NCBI GenBank assembly: GCA_002633005.1
Contig: NMRA01000310.1
Coordinates: 438,624 to 502,623, forward strand
Reading direction: 5' to 3'
Source of the DNA: Phoronis australis
Taxonomy: Eukaryota > Animalia > Phoronida
DNA length: 64,000 bases
The notes below the pieces were generated by a model, which was not told where the DNA came from, made no database searches, and worked only from the letters and a program-made list of their open reading frames with translations. Below are positions 61,401 to 64,000 of this stretch, in pieces (positions within the stretch are counted from its first letter, which is position 1; every line of letters begins with the position of its first letter). The translations under genes and the position numbers were made by a program.

Positions 61401-63735
61401 TGAGTCTGTAGTCTTCAGAACGTACCTTTCCTCCTAGATCGCTGGTCTGTTTGCTGTCATGTGGTCAAGTTGTCTGATCTTCTTCATCTTTGGACCATTG
61501 GTCCTACCAGAGGACAACCACATATACATTGGCCCTCTTGCCCTGGCAGGCATCATGTTCATCTTCCTGTTCAACCCGCTTCATATTCTCCACCATAGAG
61601 CGCGCTTCTGGCTACTCAAATATCTGGTAAGTTAACTTTGACCATCTTATGGATAGGGTGAAAGGTCATGTACTTAGAGGATTCTGGGGTGTCTTGAACA
61701 GTTAAGAGTCTTGAGCATTTTGCATCTCAGTGCTTGAATAATGTTTTTTGTACTTCACAGTGCTGTGCCTTACGTCAAAACCGAGCTGTGGGCTCTTTTG
61801 AAGTCCAGGACTCACATCAGTTTTGCCTATTAAGGAAAAATTTGAGACCAGCTTGATACTAATTGTGATTAGTCTATATAAGTTGTTCTTTGGTGGTATA
61901 TTGTTTTATATGTGATTTAAACAACGCACCCCAAAAGAATCAGTAGTAATGACATGCTCAGTTATTTCCTGTTTATCTGTTTAGTGGCGCAACATCTCAG
62001 CTCCATTTTATCACGTGGGTTTCGCTGACTTCTGGTTGGCCGATCAGCTGAACAGTCTGAACGTCGTGCTGCAGGATTATGAGTTCTTCGTCTGTTACTT
62101 TATATTTGAGGTGCCTTGGTGGGGAGACAACAGTGAGTGTTAGCATTATTTATTTATAATGGCAAGTGAATTATTTGCTTCTCTGTTTTGTTTTGGGTCT
62201 TAAAATGCAGTCGTTTTTCAATTATTTATCACACGTTTTGGCCAACAAGTGAAATTCTATCTTGTCAAATTCCTCTGCAAAAATCAAGATTATTTATAAT
62301 AAGAAGATTTTAGTCTAATAATTATATGGTTTGTACCGTGTAGATGTTGTTAAATAGCTTTTGGTTAATTTTCCATAATTTGCAGTAAAGTGATCAGTCT
62401 TAATTTGAAAAATGGAAAATGACAATTTTGGCAATTGTTTTTGTGCAAAATAAGATTTACTGTAACTTCATTGAAAATAGACATTTTATTGAAACTTCAT
62501 ACTCTATACTCAAAATCTCTTCTTCAAAACACCCCATGTGATAGGTCAAATGTCAAATAGAATCCTGATTTAGGTTTGTTGTTATTGATCTTAATTGTTG
62601 ATTAGATGTTGACAATTTTCTTAAAACTTGTCAAGTGCAACTCGGAAAGGATTGCTATCAACAATTTAAACTTAAGTTTGTGAATATCGCAGAAAGCCGT
62701 GATTATCATTTTGTGAGCACAAACTTGTCATTGCTCTTAATAATCCTCGTTGTTTCTTGTTAGAGCCTGCCACCTGCCTTTCACCAATATATGGTATTCG
62801 TCCAATAATTGCCGTAATCCCCGCTTGGATCCGATTCGCTCAATGTTTAAGACGTTACCGTGACACCAAGCTGGTGTTTCCGCACGTGGTGAATGCTGGG
62901 AAATACTCAACGACGTTTTTTGTCGTTCTCTTCGCTGCACTGAACGACTGGTATACTGGTATGTATGGAATGTATCTATGTCAGCATTTGGACTCTTCCT
63001 ACCTTTTTCACATTTGGCCTGGTCCCTAATTTTTTATGTGCAAGTAATTGTTAACCAGCCTGTTTATTGGCTTAATGTCCACGGGCCTTGAGTTTTTGGC
63101 AAATTGCCTGGCTCTTTCTATTGAGGAATGAGACTGCTAGACATGGACACCAGTTTGTGGTTTTGAGGGGGTGTCAAAGAGGCTGTGTGGGTGAAAGCCA
63201 AGAATCTCTCCCTGAATACATGCTAGTGTGAGATTATCAGTTGTCATGGAGATGTCTGATTAATAACACGTGTTGGTAGTATTTGCAGGAATCACTCAGT
63301 CACTACTTCGCTATAAAAGACACCAGGTGGCTACGCAATGTTGAGAGAACGTTACCGAAATTTTCCACAAGTTTTGAATTTCGCAGACATTATTTTCTAA
63401 GTCAGCAAGCCATCTGTGGCAACATCACTTGACCTAATAATTATTAATCTTGAATTGATAATTAAATGTTTGTTATTCAATCTGACTTGTGGTAAGGCAT
63501 TTTTGTAGGTAATTGAAAATGAATCCACATGTTGGTGATTACTCTGTATTTGATTACAGTAAAGTATGGAGAAGCTGTAGAGTCCAAAAATGCATTTTTC
63601 GTCCTGTGGATTCTGTTCGCCTTCTTCAGCTCATGTTACACACTTACCTGGGATATTAGGATGGATTGGGGCTTGTTGGATAAGAACCCTGGGGAGAACA
63701 GGTTCTTAAGAGAAGAGGTCGTTTACAGGTATAAG
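52357..63735 (+). CDS. XPR1: XPR1 (SLC53A1) SPX-EXS inorganic phosphate exporter, exons 1-11, 3' partial
   Basis: Exons 52357-52425, 56487-56640, 57339-57613, 58901-59002, 59422-59502, 59994-60072, 60816-61009, 61438-61626, 61985-62132, 62764-62958, 63560-63735; phases close. Motifs: [108 protein letters not shown]. Confidence 0.97.
56487..56640 (+). CDS. XPR1: XPR1 exon 2
   Basis: QMKDMLYEV...[13 protein letters not shown]. Confidence 0.93.
57339..57613 (+). CDS. XPR1: XPR1 exon 3
   Basis: [10 protein letters not shown]...[15 protein letters not shown]. Confidence 0.95.
58749..58850. repeat. Palindromic family A, copy 2
   Basis: GTCACTTATAGGGGTCCCTGATTTTGAGAACCAG...GGAGAAAACTGGTTCTCAAAGTGCGGAACCCCTGTAAATGAC. 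Confidence 0.8.
58901..59002 (+). CDS. XPR1: XPR1 exon 4
   Basis: [34 protein letters not shown]. Confidence 0.92.
59422..59502 (+). CDS. XPR1: XPR1 exon 5
   Basis: [27 protein letters not shown]. Confidence 0.93.
59994..60072 (+). CDS. XPR1: XPR1 exon 6
   Basis: [26 protein letters not shown]. Confidence 0.92.
60816..61009 (+). CDS. XPR1: XPR1 exon 7
   Basis: VYMNSDH...[31 protein letters not shown]. Confidence 0.92.
61001..61100 (+). repeat. Three tandem copies (36, 34, 30 bp) of the XPR1 exon 7/intron 7 junction
   Basis: TTCTTGGAG|GTACAGTACCAGACAAAAGTA at 61001, 61037 and 61071. Confidence 0.92.
61438..61626 (+). CDS. XPR1: XPR1 exon 8
   Basis: IAGLFAVMW...[21 protein letters not shown]. 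Confidence 0.93.
61985..62132 (+). CDS. XPR1: XPR1 exon 9
   Basis: [25 protein letters not shown]...VPWWGDN. Confidence 0.94.
62764..62958 (+). CDS. XPR1: XPR1 exon 10
   Basis: [13 protein letters not shown]...[12 protein letters not shown]...[12 protein letters not shown]...DWYT. Confidence 0.93.
63560..63735 (+). CDS. XPR1: XPR1 exon 11
   Basis: VKYGEAVE...[33 protein letters not shown]. Confidence 0.93.
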
Positions 63736-64000
63736 GTTAGTACACAGAGGGCTGCTGAGTCGTTGAAAGCAGGTGTTTGTGAGAAGGGGTTGCTTTCACT
63801 TTTAAGATGAGTCTACTGAAAACGGTGGAAACATGGCCTGATACCCGATGGAAAGACTCGAACTTAACTTTGACCTTTTCGTTGAATTTGTGCTTTGCAT
63901 TGTGATTTACATACTAGAGTAATGTACTCCAAGTTTTGTATGTGATGGTGGCTACATCAACACAACAAATTTGAGTTTGAACTCGAAATCTTGTTAGTAG

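Overview
This is AT-rich, intron-rich animal genomic DNA (probably a marine invertebrate; draft assembly with four N gaps), not prokaryotic. Most ORFs in the supplied track are spurious or partial exons. Manual splicing gives four genes in two very compact head-to-head pairs. (1) CACFD1/flower on the minus strand: 3 exons from ATG 8588, missed entirely by the ORF track; its 3' part lies in a gap or outside the window. (2) Divergent from it, a complete 10-exon, ~463-aa MetX-family enzyme (8854-28925, +) with the serine-type GLSASSH motif and a probable mitochondrial presequence, resembling fungal Cys2 serine O-succinyltransferase. (3) An 8-exon, ~1099-aa disordered protein with an RVxF motif and a C-terminal PDZ domain, resembling KIAA1614 (52098-34277, -). 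(4) Divergent from it, the phosphate exporter XPR1 (11 exons from 52357, +, running off the window). Introns carry a Tc1/mariner-type TIR element, several MITE or foldback palindromes, tRNA-derived SINEs, a Penelope-like GIY-YIG remnant and tandem repeats. The most notable points are the fungal-type cysteine-synthesis gene in an animal, the XPR1/KIAA1614-like linkage (neighbours in human too), a triplicated splice donor in XPR1, and a hairpin repeat family with one core but different arms. I see no CRISPR array or clear prokaryote-like system.
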